A stretch of DNA of 32,000 nt from Candidatus Iainarchaeum sp. (GCA_016205145.1 JACQJH010000002.1:90001-122000); one strand, 5' to 3'; numbered from the stretch's first letter, positions 22,774 through 30,505 are shown. Numbers and translations: made by a program. The notes: generated by a model not told the origin, from the sequence alone.

Positions 22774-23370
22774 ATGACGAAATCCACGACAAAAAAAGGG
22801 CACGCCAAAACAAAAACCGAAACTGTCCGGATTGACAAGAACTGGACGGTCGGCGACATTGTAAGCAGGTTCCCGTCCAGCGCAGAAATCATGCTGGGCC
22901 ACGGCCTGCACTGCGTCGGCTGCGGCGTTGCGTACTGGGAAACCCTTGAACAGGGCGGAAAAGGCCACGGCATGTCCGACGAGGAAATAGGACAGATAGT
23001 CAACGAAATCAACGCCGCGGCAAAGGACATGAAGACCAGCTCGGACGGCGAATCGCTCACGGTTACAGGAAAAGCCATTGCAAAGATAAAGGACTTCCAG
23101 GAAAAAAACGGCCACAAGAAAGGCCTGCGCATCGGCGTTGTGGCCGGCGGATGCTCCGGCATGACCTACAGGCTTTCATTCGAAGACAAGCCCGTCGAAG
23201 GCGACAGGGAAGTTGAAATCGACGGCGTCAAATTCTTCATCGAAGGCAGGAACTACGGCATGCTCAAAGGCATCACAATAGACTTTTTGGAATCACTGCA
23301 GGGCGCCGGCTTCAAAATCAACAACCCGAACGCAACCAAAAGCTGCGGCTGCGGGGAAAGCTTCGGCTAG
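22774..23370 (+). CDS. Fusion of a DUF1858 (hybrid-cluster-protein-associated redox disulfide) domain to an IscA/HesB-type Fe-S cluster carrier
   Basis: 198 aa. The N-terminal half has WTVGDIVSRFPSSAEIMLGHGLHCVGCG. The C-terminal half has GGCSGMTYRLSF and the terminal CGCGESFG. Confidence 0.8.
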   Translation: MTKSTTKKGHAKTKTETVRIDKNWTVGDIVSRFPSSAEIMLGHGLHCVGCGVAYWETLEQGGKGHGMSDEEIGQIVNEINAAAKDMKTSSDGESLTVTGKAIAKIKDFQEKNGHKKGLRIGVVAGGCSGMTYRLSFEDKPVEGDREVEIDGVKFFIEGRNYGMLKGITIDFLESLQGAGFKINNPNATKSCGCGESFG

Positions 23371-23464
23371 CCGGTTTCGCCCGGCTGGTTCGACGCACTA
23401 TGCTCGTTTCACTCGCATAGCGCTGCACCTGTTGGCGGGACGTCACGCCCGTCTGGTGCGAGTT

Positions 23465-23504
23465 GAGGGACCTCGCTTTGCTCAGCCCCTCTGCCTGCTT
23501 TTTT
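23465..23504 (+). terminator. Hairpin GAGGG(N17)CCCTC followed by a T6 run; likely terminator of the Fe-S carrier transcript
   Basis: The stem is 23465-23469 paired with 23487-23491. TTTTTT lies at 23499-23504. A T-run is the typical archaeal termination signal. Confidence 0.4.
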
Positions 23505-23520
23505 ATTTAAAGCGCTTAAG

Positions 23521-24174
23521 TTATTGGTTTAGCGGCTCTGAAAAAAATTCTAATTCAAGTTGCATAGCCTTGCGGTAGGCATTCCGGGTTTTATCGGAAT
23601 AATCCGCGGTTTCATCGAGTAGAGCTTCGACCTTTTCCGCCAGAGACCGGATTTCTTTGCCGGAATAGGTTTCAATCCAGCCGCTATACGGGTTGCCCGG
23701 CTGCGCGAAGCCCGCGAGTTTTTTTCCTAGAAACGCGTAAAGCACGACGCACGGCGCAATCGCAGCCAGGATTTCGGAAACATCGCCGTTCCGCGCTGTT
23801 TCAAGCAGAAAAGAAGTGTACGCCGAACAGGCCGGAAGCGGTGCAACGCGTTCAATGTTTATGCCAAGCTTTTTGCTGTAAGCGCGGTGCAATTTCAGCT
23901 CATCGTCAACGCCTGCAATGAATTCCGAAAAAATTTCCCTGTGCCTTTCCTCAGCGCTGTTGTCCTTCGCGGCCCGGTAAGCCTGCCTGAAAGCCTTCAG
24001 GAAAAACGCGTCCTGGCAAACGTAAATTTTGAATGCCTTCATTTCCAGTCTGCCGGAAGCAATGCCCTGCACGAACGGATGGGAAAGGCAGGCATCCGCC
24101 AGATCAAGGTTTTCATTCCACAGGCGTGCATGCACTGCGACTGGTTTTGAGGCAAACGCTTTTTTTGGCACCAT
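23521..24174 (-). CDS. tenA: TenA-family thiaminase II / aminopyrimidine aminohydrolase
   Basis: 217 aa from ATG 24174. An alternative GTG at 24201 would overlap the upstream stop as GTGA. Motifs seen: HPFVQGIASGRL and FKIYVCQDAFFL, with a heme-oxygenase-like helical pattern. Confidence 0.8.
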   Translation of the reverse strand: MVPKKAFASKPVAVHARLWNENLDLADACLSHPFVQGIASGRLEMKAFKIYVCQDAFFLKAFRQAYRAAKDNSAEERHREIFSEFIAGVDDELKLHRAYSKKLGINIERVAPLPACSAYTSFLLETARNGDVSEILAAIAPCVVLYAFLGKKLAGFAQPGNPYSGWIETYSGKEIRSLAEKVEALLDETADYSDKTRNAYRKAMQLELEFFSEPLNQ

Positions 24175-24197
24175 TCTTACCGCCTGCAAAAAAGGAA

Positions 24198-25652
24198 TCA
24201 CTTTTCGAGCGGCACGACTTTTTTTAGTTCGCGGAAATCGAAGCGCGCGTCAAATAGCCTTGAAAGCAGCACGGAGAAAAGCCCGGAAACAATCAGCGTG
24301 ACAAAAAAAGAAACGAAAAGGCTCTGGCCCAAAGCCGAAACACCGAAAAGCGCCTGCGCAACGCTTTTCCCATAATCCGGCAGGGGAAAGAACAGCCCGC
24401 CGAAAACAATGCCCGCAACGCTTGCAACAACCGCGGACCTGCCGGAAAGCCGCCTGGAAAACATCCCGAAAATCACGGGGAACGCGGCCGCGACGCAGAC
24501 AAGGTCGGCTATCAGGAACAGGTACAGGACGCTGTAACCCTGCACTGCAATGAAAACCGCGGCAATGCCTACAACCGCAGTGAAAATCCGTCCTGCAAAA
24601 AGCACTTTGTCATGCCCCGCATCCGGCCTTATGCGCAGGAAGTCGACGACAAACAGGCTGACAAGGCCGTTCAACAGCGTGTCCATGGTGCTCATCATCA
24701 AGGCGACCGCCAGAACCATCAAACCAACCCAGACCCACGGGGGGGTTGCTTTCAAAACGAACGAGAACATCGCCACGGAAGGATTTTCAACCACTCCGGC
24801 CTGCGCCGCAAAAATGCCGAACAATCCGACGACAAGGATTATCGGGATTATTATCAGGCCGGAAAACAAAAAGGATTTTCGCAGCATTTTTTTGTTGACG
24901 GAATAAACGCGCTGCCAGTTGCCCTGGTTGAACAATTCCGCGCCGACAATCGCGATTATCAGCGTCAGGCCATACTCTATGCCCGGCCAGAAACCTAAAT
25001 CCAGCAGGAACGGCGGAGCGGAAGCGGAAGAGTGCGGCACGGCCCCGAAATAAAACAGGCTCGCAATGAAAATGACCGCAAGCAATGGAATGATTATGAC
25101 AAACTGGATTATGTCAGTGAATACCGATGCGCGGAAGCCGCCTGCAATGGCATAAGCCATTGTTCCCAGGCCGATCAAAATCGCAGTGAACATGACGGGG
25201 ATACCGAAAACCATTTCAGCGGCCTGCGAAATGCCAGTCAGTTCGGCCGTAAGAAAAGTGCCCATGTAAAACGCGGTTATGAACAGGACAAAAACGTACA
25301 TCGGCAGGCCGAACCTTCGCAAAATGAATTCCGCCAAAGTCTGGCCGCCGGGCATCATTTCCCTTATTTTCGCGCCAAGCCAGATGAAAACAAACAGGGC
25401 GGAGGCGCTGCCCAGAGCATAACCTATCAGAGCGGCAATGCCGGCCGTTACCGCCGCCTCTGCCGGCGAAAAAAGAATCCAGGCGCCCATTCCGGAAGCG
25501 ACCAGCGTTGCCACGGTGGCGAAAGCCGAAACCTTGTCGCGGTGCGTGATGAATTCGCCGAGCGAGAAACGCTTTCCCTTCGAATACCACAAGCCTAGAG
25601 CGGTGAAAATTGCTATCGTGACCAGAACCAATGCAAAACCGAAAATATCCAT
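24198..25652 (-). CDS. Sodium:solute symporter (SSS) family transporter
   Basis: 484 aa from ATG 25652; the track start at 25667 is a TTG. It has about 13 TM segments and an SSS-like N-terminal pattern (GLWYSKGK...SLGEFITH). Confidence 0.75.
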   Translation of the reverse strand: MDIFGFALVLVTIAIFTALGLWYSKGKRFSLGEFITHRDKVSAFATVATLVASGMGAWILFSPAEAAVTAGIAALIGYALGSASALFVFIWLGAKIREMMPGGQTLAEFILRRFGLPMYVFVLFITAFYMGTFLTAELTGISQAAEMVFGIPVMFTAILIGLGTMAYAIAGGFRASVFTDIIQFVIIIPLLAVIFIASLFYFGAVPHSSASAPPFLLDLGFWPGIEYGLTLIIAIVGAELFNQGNWQRVYSVNKKMLRKSFLFSGLIIIPIILVVGLFGIFAAQAGVVENPSVAMFSFVLKATPPWVWVGLMVLAVALMMSTMDTLLNGLVSLFVVDFLRIRPDAGHDKVLFAGRIFTAVVGIAAVFIAVQGYSVLYLFLIADLVCVAAAFPVIFGMFSRRLSGRSAVVASVAGIVFGGLFFPLPDYGKSVAQALFGVSALGQSLFVSFFVTLIVSGLFSVLLSRLFDARFDFRELKKVVPLEK

Positions 25653-25769
25653 TGCAACCAAATCCAATGAAACCAGGAAAAATTTAAATCAGGCCGCGAA
25701 TAAAAAACCCGAAAAACCGCAATAATAAGCCGATTGCCGAAAAAAATGCCGGTTCAATATAACACTTCT

Positions 25770-26696
25770 TCAGGCAAGCAGGGCATTGAAAAGAATGCCC
25801 GTCAGGACAAACGAAACAAACAATATTGCCACGAATGCCGCAAGCAGTTTCGGCTTCAAAACCCGCCTGAGGATAACCAGTTCAGGAAATGAAAGCGCGG
25901 TAACGCTCATCATGAATGCCAGCGCCGTGCCCAATGCCATGCCTTTGCCCATCAAAGCCTGCACAATAGGAACTGTGCCCGCGGCATTGGAATAAAGCGG
26001 GATTCCGACCAGAACTGCAACCGGAACTGCAAGCATGCTGTCCTTTCCCGCAATGCCCGCAAGAAAATCAACCGGGACAAAGCCGTGGATAAGCGCGCCT
26101 GCGGCAATGCCGAGAATGGCAAACGGCACGACTTTGAAGGTTATCCTTGCAGTTTCCCGCCTTGCGAAAGAAAGCCTCGCATTCCAGCCGGAAGGCATTT
26201 TTTTGTCCCTTATGCGCGCGGTTTCAAAGACCTCCGGCTCAATCTGGTTTTCAAGGCCGAGCCTGCCAATAACAATGCCTGAAACGACCGCGACAAAGAG
26301 GCCGGACAAAACGTAAAGCAACGCTATCTTCCAGCCAAAAAGGCCCAAAAGCAGGGCAATCGCGACCTCATTCACCATTGGCGCGGAAACAAGGAAAGAG
26401 AACGTAATGCCCAATGGAATGCCAGACTCGACAAAGCCGATGAAAATGGGAACGGCGGAACACGAACAGAACGGCGTTGGAACGCCTAGCAGCGCGGCAA
26501 GGACGTTGCCGATTCCTTCCCTCCTGCCGCCAAGCCATTTCCTGATTCTTTCGCGCGTTATGAAGGTGCGCACAATCGAAACAAGGAAAACCATGAATGC
26601 CAGTAGAAGCACGACCTTCACGGAATCGTAAACGAAAAACCGGAGCGCCTCGGCCGGAGCCGAACCGGCCGGAAACCCAAAAAAAGAGACAACCAT
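25770..26696 (-). CDS. Permease of the ArsP/DUF318 family with a TPFCSCS motif
   Basis: 308 aa from ATG 26696; the track start at 26744 is a TTG. It has the signature VPTPFCSCSAVPIF, is polytopic, and sits directly downstream of an ArsR/SmtB regulator. Confidence 0.75.
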   Translation of the reverse strand: MVVSFFGFPAGSAPAEALRFFVYDSVKVVLLLAFMVFLVSIVRTFITRERIRKWLGGRREGIGNVLAALLGVPTPFCSCSAVPIFIGFVESGIPLGITFSFLVSAPMVNEVAIALLLGLFGWKIALLYVLSGLFVAVVSGIVIGRLGLENQIEPEVFETARIRDKKMPSGWNARLSFARRETARITFKVVPFAILGIAAGALIHGFVPVDFLAGIAGKDSMLAVPVAVLVGIPLYSNAAGTVPIVQALMGKGMALGTALAFMMSVTALSFPELVILRRVLKPKLLAAFVAILFVSFVLTGILFNALLA

Positions 26697-26727
26697 GTCG
26701 GCGGCAAGGCCAAGAAAATCCACGCAA

Positions 26728-26976
26728 TCACCGCCAGGACGCAATGCCGGACAAAACCTTTCTGCCCAGGCCCGAAACTGAATAAATGCGTTTCACGCCA
26801 TCCCTTTTCATTTCGACAAGCCCCGCGCCCAGCAAAACCGCAAGATGCTGCGAAACCGCGGGCTGGGTCTTTTTCACCTTTTTCGGCAGTTCGCACGCGC
26901 AGACCGGCTTTTTTGAAATCTCCCGCAAAAGTGAAAGCCTCGTTTGGTCGGAAACAGCCTTCAGTAAGGCAAGCAT
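26728..26976 (-). CDS. arsR: ArsR/SmtB-family metalloregulatory repressor
   Basis: 82 aa from ATG 26976; the track start at 26991 is a GTG. Motifs seen: KAVSDQTRLSLL, the metal site VCACEL and the recognition helix QPAVSQHL. Confidence 0.85.
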   Translation of the reverse strand: MLALLKAVSDQTRLSLLREISKKPVCACELPKKVKKTQPAVSQHLAVLLGAGLVEMKRDGVKRIYSVSGLGRKVLSGIASWR

Positions 26977-26978
26977 AA

Positions 26979-26996
26979 TATAAGTAAACACTTATA
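26979..26996. promoter_or_regulatory. Inverted repeat TATAAGT-AAAC-ACTTATA immediately upstream of the arsR ATG; candidate autoregulatory operator
   Basis: The 7-bp perfect arms are at 26979-26985 and 26990-26996. The repeat is embedded in an A/T-rich TATA-like stretch (26991-27007). Confidence 0.45.
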
Positions 26997-27022
26997 TATT
27001 TTTAAAACCCCGCCATGCACAA

Positions 27023-27574
27023 TCAACGCGCGGAATAGTGCAGCAGCAGGGAGCCCTTTTTGTTCAGCTTTTTGGCGGAAACCATCCGGAACCTTTTCAG
27101 GCCGGATGCCTGCGCATCGCCGAACATGCTTATGCCCTTGCCGAAAACAACCGGCTCGATCGTCAGCCAGACATCATCCAACAAGCCTTTTTTGAGACAG
27201 TAATTGTAAGCAGCCCTTCCACCCAGGACGCAGACTTCCTTATAGCCCTGTTCCGCAACGAATTTTTCAAGGCCCGCCTTATGCGGATTGAGGAAAACAA
27301 GCAGTTTGCCTTCACGCCTCACTCCATTGCCGCCGACCCTGCGCGTCAGGACAATGCAGTTGCGCCCGGCAAGGTTTTTTTTTGCAACTTCGAAGGTTTT
27401 TCTCGCCAGCAGCAGGACATCCGCCTTGCCTTCCATTGCGCGCAAGTGCTTTTTGTCCTCTGCACTCGTCCAGTCAAAACTGAAATCGCCGGCATGCCTT
27501 GCAATGAAGCCGTCGATTGAAACCGCTGCAACCGCAAAAAAATGCGCGCCATGCTTTCCATGCCCTGTCATCAT
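27023..27574 (-). CDS. RibD C-terminal-domain / dihydrofolate-reductase-like reductase
   Basis: 183 aa from ATG 27574. The sequence AVSIDGFIA...DWTSAEDKKHL...ADVLLLARKTFE...VLGGRAAYNYCLKKGLLDDVWLTIEPVVFGKG matches the RibD_C pattern. Confidence 0.65.
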   Translation of the reverse strand: MMTGHGKHGAHFFAVAAVSIDGFIARHAGDFSFDWTSAEDKKHLRAMEGKADVLLLARKTFEVAKKNLAGRNCIVLTRRVGGNGVRREGKLLVFLNPHKAGLEKFVAEQGYKEVCVLGGRAAYNYCLKKGLLDDVWLTIEPVVFGKGISMFGDAQASGLKRFRMVSAKKLNKKGSLLLHYSAR

Positions 27575-27638
27575 GCCACCAACCGCCAGCCCGAACAATG
27601 ATAAACAATAATATGCAGTTGCGCAAATATATTCCTTT

Positions 27639-28706
27639 ATGCATGCGGCAACGCTTTTCGAGAAAAAAAGCAACAAACTCGTGAGATGCACGGCATGCTC
27701 GATGTACTGCACGATTGCCGACGGCCTGACCGGCGTGTGCGGCGTACGGCAGAACAAAAGCGGAAAACTGTTCCTGCTCGTTTACGGCAAGGCTTCCGCC
27801 GTCAACATCGACCCCATGGAAAAAAAGCCGTTATTCCATTTCCTGCCAAACACGGAAATATTTTCACTCGGCACGGTTGGCTGCAATTTTGCCTGCTCGT
27901 TCTGCCAGAACTGGGACCTAAGCCAGGCAACAAGGCAAGTGAAAGAGGAATTTGCGGCGGACAGGAGCGAGCAGGCTTTGCGGATTGGAAAGCTCACCGG
28001 ACTGGGCCAAAGCCTTGAACCGGAAAAAATCGTGGATTACTGCATTGAAAACTCGATTCCAAGCATTGCTTTCACTTACAACGAACCCTCAATCGTTTTC
28101 GAATACGCTTTCGACGCTTTCAGGCTGGCGAAAAAGGCAGGCCTGAAAACCGTTTTCGTTTCAAACGGCTACGAAAGCCGTGAAGCCACGAAAAAGCTGG
28201 AAACATGCATGGACGCAATCAACATCGACCTGAAGGCCTTCACAGACGAGTTCTATCTTAAAACCTGCAGGGCAAAACTCGAACCAGTGCTTGAAAGCAT
28301 CAGGCGCTTTGCGAAAACAAAGGTCTGGCTTGAAATAACCACGCTCGTCATTCCTGGAAAAAACGATTCAGATGGGGAACTGCGCGAAATCGCGGAATTC
28401 ATTGCCTCGCAGGGAAATCACATTCCCTGGCACATTACCGCATTCCACCCGGATTACAAGATGCGCGGCGTCAACGCCACGCCGGGGGAAACGCTTGCAA
28501 GGGCATACAAAATCGGAAAGGATGCAGGCCTGAAATTCGTTTACGCAGGAAACATCCTGGACGAGAAACTGGAAAGCACGTTCTGCCCGGAATGCAATGC
28601 CCTGCTCATCCGCAGGCGGGCCTACAATGTCGGCATCGAAAATTTCGACCTCAAAAAAGGCAAATGCAAAAACTGCGCGAACAAAATCGAGGGCGTGTGG
28701 AAATGA
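27639..28706 (+). CDS. amrS: AmmeMemoRadiSam system radical SAM enzyme
   Basis: 355 aa. It has the N-terminal Cys cluster CTACSMYCTIADGLTGVCGVRQN and the radical SAM motif CNFACSFCQNW. Its similarity is of the PFL-activase type. Confidence 0.85.
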   Translation: MHAATLFEKKSNKLVRCTACSMYCTIADGLTGVCGVRQNKSGKLFLLVYGKASAVNIDPMEKKPLFHFLPNTEIFSLGTVGCNFACSFCQNWDLSQATRQVKEEFAADRSEQALRIGKLTGLGQSLEPEKIVDYCIENSIPSIAFTYNEPSIVFEYAFDAFRLAKKAGLKTVFVSNGYESREATKKLETCMDAINIDLKAFTDEFYLKTCRAKLEPVLESIRRFAKTKVWLEITTLVIPGKNDSDGELREIAEFIASQGNHIPWHITAFHPDYKMRGVNATPGETLARAYKIGKDAGLKFVYAGNILDEKLESTFCPECNALLIRRRAYNVGIENFDLKKGKCKNCANKIEGVWK

Positions 28707-29596
28707 CCGGAAATGACACCCTCTCCGCCCCAAAAAGCGGGAAATTCCACAGAAGCAGATGGGTATCGAGCAGCGCGAGATACCCGTCGTCGAACCCGGC
28801 GGACGAAACCGCCGGCGTGCGTTATCCAGCCGTTGCGGGCGCATTCTATCCTGCGCAGAAAAGCGCTCTCGAAAAGATTGTTGAAAAATTCCTGGCCGAA
28901 GGCAAAAAAAGCGCGCCGCAGATCCGCGGAAAAATAAAGGCGATAATCGCGCCGCACGCCGGATACGTCTACTCCGGAAAAGTTGCCGGAGCGGCATTTT
29001 CACTGCTTCAAAACAGCAAAGCGAAAAAGGTTCTGCTCATGGGGCCCAGCCACTTCAAGGCGTTTGACGGCACGGCATTGTCACCGGCAAAGGAATGGCT
29101 TACTCCGCTCGGCCCGGTGCCATTGCTTGACAGCAGAAAATTCGAGGCGGACGGCATCGCGGAATCCGGGGAAGCGCATTTGCGGGAGCATTGCCTTGAA
29201 GTTGAATTGCCGTTCCTGCAGAAAACCCTTTCAGGTTTCTCAATCCTGCCGATCCTGACGGGCAAGGTACACCACAAAGAGGTTGCCGAAAAAATTTCCG
29301 GCTTTCCCGGCTCGTTCGACCTGGTTGTTGCGAGTTCCGACCTCAGCCACTATTACGATTATGAAACCGCGAACCGGCTTGATGCAATTGCAAACAAAGC
29401 CATCCCAGGCCTTGACGTGAAAGCCGTCGAGGAAAAGGTTGAAGCCTGCGGCAAGACCGGCATCCTCGCCGCAATGCTGCTGGCGAAAAAATTCGGCTGG
29501 AAAGGCAGGCTTATCGCATACAACAATTCCGGCGACACAGCCGGAAGCAAGGCGGAGGTCGTTGGCTATGGCGCATACGCTTTTGTCGAAGAGTGA
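28703..29596 (+). CDS. amrB: AmmeMemoRadiSam system protein B (Memo-like)
   Basis: 297 aa from ATG 28703, which overlaps the amrS stop as ATGA. An alternative GTG lies at 28817. Motifs seen: RYPAVAGAFYP, IIAPHAGYVYSG and SSDLSHY. Confidence 0.85.
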   Translation: MTGNDTLSAPKSGKFHRSRWVSSSARYPSSNPADETAGVRYPAVAGAFYPAQKSALEKIVEKFLAEGKKSAPQIRGKIKAIIAPHAGYVYSGKVAGAAFSLLQNSKAKKVLLMGPSHFKAFDGTALSPAKEWLTPLGPVPLLDSRKFEADGIAESGEAHLREHCLEVELPFLQKTLSGFSILPILTGKVHHKEVAEKISGFPGSFDLVVASSDLSHYYDYETANRLDAIANKAIPGLDVKAVEEKVEACGKTGILAAMLLAKKFGWKGRLIAYNNSGDTAGSKAEVVGYGAYAFVEE

Positions 29597-30134
29597 ACGG
29601 CTGGAACTCCTCAAACTGGCAAAAAAAGCCATTGAAAACCGGCTTGAAGGAAAGGCTCTGCCTTCGCTTGCGGAAACGCGGAAAAAGTTTCCCTCGCTTT
29701 CGGGAAAAAAAGCAAGCTTTGTGACGCTCATTGACGGCAATGGGCTAAGAGGATGCATCGGAAGCATTTATCCGCACAAGCCGCTTTGCGATGACATAGC
29801 GGAAAACGCAATTGCCGCCGCTTTCCATGACCCGAGATTTGAACCCCTGACAATGGCGGAGTTCAAAAAAACTGAAATAGAGATTTCTGTGCTCTCGAAG
29901 CCAGAAGAAATCAAGCCAAAAAGCGAAGCTGAACTGCTGGATTGCCTGAAAGCCAGGCCCGGCCTCATTCTTGAAAACCGCGGCTTTTCCGCAGTATACC
30001 TGCCGGAAGTGTGGGAAGAACTGCCGGACCCGAAGGCTTTCCTTGAAAGCCTCTGCCTGAAAGCCGGCCTCGGCAGGAACGCATGGAAGGACAAAAACAC
30101 GAAGTTTTGGGTTTTTTCAACGCAAGGCTTTTAG
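29568..30134 (+). CDS. amrA: AmmeMemoRadiSam system protein A (AMMECR1 domain)
   Basis: 188 aa from ATG 29568, overlapping the amrB end by 29 nt. Motifs seen: SFVTLIDGNGLRGCIGS, AAFHDPRF, GLILENRGFSAVYLPEVW. Confidence 0.85.
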   Translation: MAHTLLSKSERLELLKLAKKAIENRLEGKALPSLAETRKKFPSLSGKKASFVTLIDGNGLRGCIGSIYPHKPLCDDIAENAIAAAFHDPRFEPLTMAEFKKTEIEISVLSKPEEIKPKSEAELLDCLKARPGLILENRGFSAVYLPEVWEELPDPKAFLESLCLKAGLGRNAWKDKNTKFWVFSTQGF

Positions 30135-30184
30135 CAAAAAAAAATCAAAATGCAAAAAAACCGCGCTAAATATGTTAATAAATC

Positions 30185-30241
30185 TTCCACAATAAACGAA
30201 TATTTCCAGTAAAAACAGGTTGTTTTTCCACAATAAACGAA
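30185..30241. repeat. Two perfect 16-bp direct repeats, TTCCACAATAAACGAA, spaced 41 bp start to start
   Basis: The copies are at 30185-30200 and 30226-30241, in the A/T-rich region 16-72 nt upstream of ATG 30257. Confidence 0.5.
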
Positions 30242-30256
30242 AAGGGGCGTTGTGTT

Positions 30257-30451
30257 ATGAACTTGGACGGTTATCTCAAAAAGGGCAGGTCAAACACTGA
30301 TTACAACAAGGCTCTGCCGCCGAAAACGTGCCTGAACTGCGGCACGCCGATAACGGAAGACGGCACTTTCCTGTCAAGGACAAGGTTCTGCAACATGGAC
30401 TGCAAGGAAGAATACGTTTCAAAATCAACTTCAATGGACAGGCAATACTGA
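30257..30451 (+). CDS. Small zinc-ribbon protein (TRASH/FCS-like C-x2-C-x16-C-x3-C)
   Basis: 64 aa. The sequence CLNCGTPITEDGTFLSRTRFCNMDCKEEY contains the Cys arrangement. Confidence 0.55.
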   Translation: MNLDGYLKKGRSNTDYNKALPPKTCLNCGTPITEDGTFLSRTRFCNMDCKEEYVSKSTSMDRQY

Positions 30452-30505
30452 AACCAAAGCCGAAGGCAAAAAGGCCAATGCTTTCCGGCCAGGCGGCCTG
30501 CAACA

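Noticed and set aside
27575-27757. 5' extension of the RibD_C reductase ORF (track start 27757); similarly the methyltransferase ORF extension 31197..31484
   Set aside because: The extensions cross divergent promoter or intergenic A/T-rich DNA and, in the first case, the start of the amrS gene. They add implausible Cys/His/Phe-rich sequence. Family-like sequence starts at the internal ATGs (27574 and 31196).
28368-29003. 211-aa minus-strand ORF spanning the amrS/amrB junction
   Set aside because: It is antisense to two motif-supported genes. The translation is Arg/Phe-rich and is a shadow ORF.
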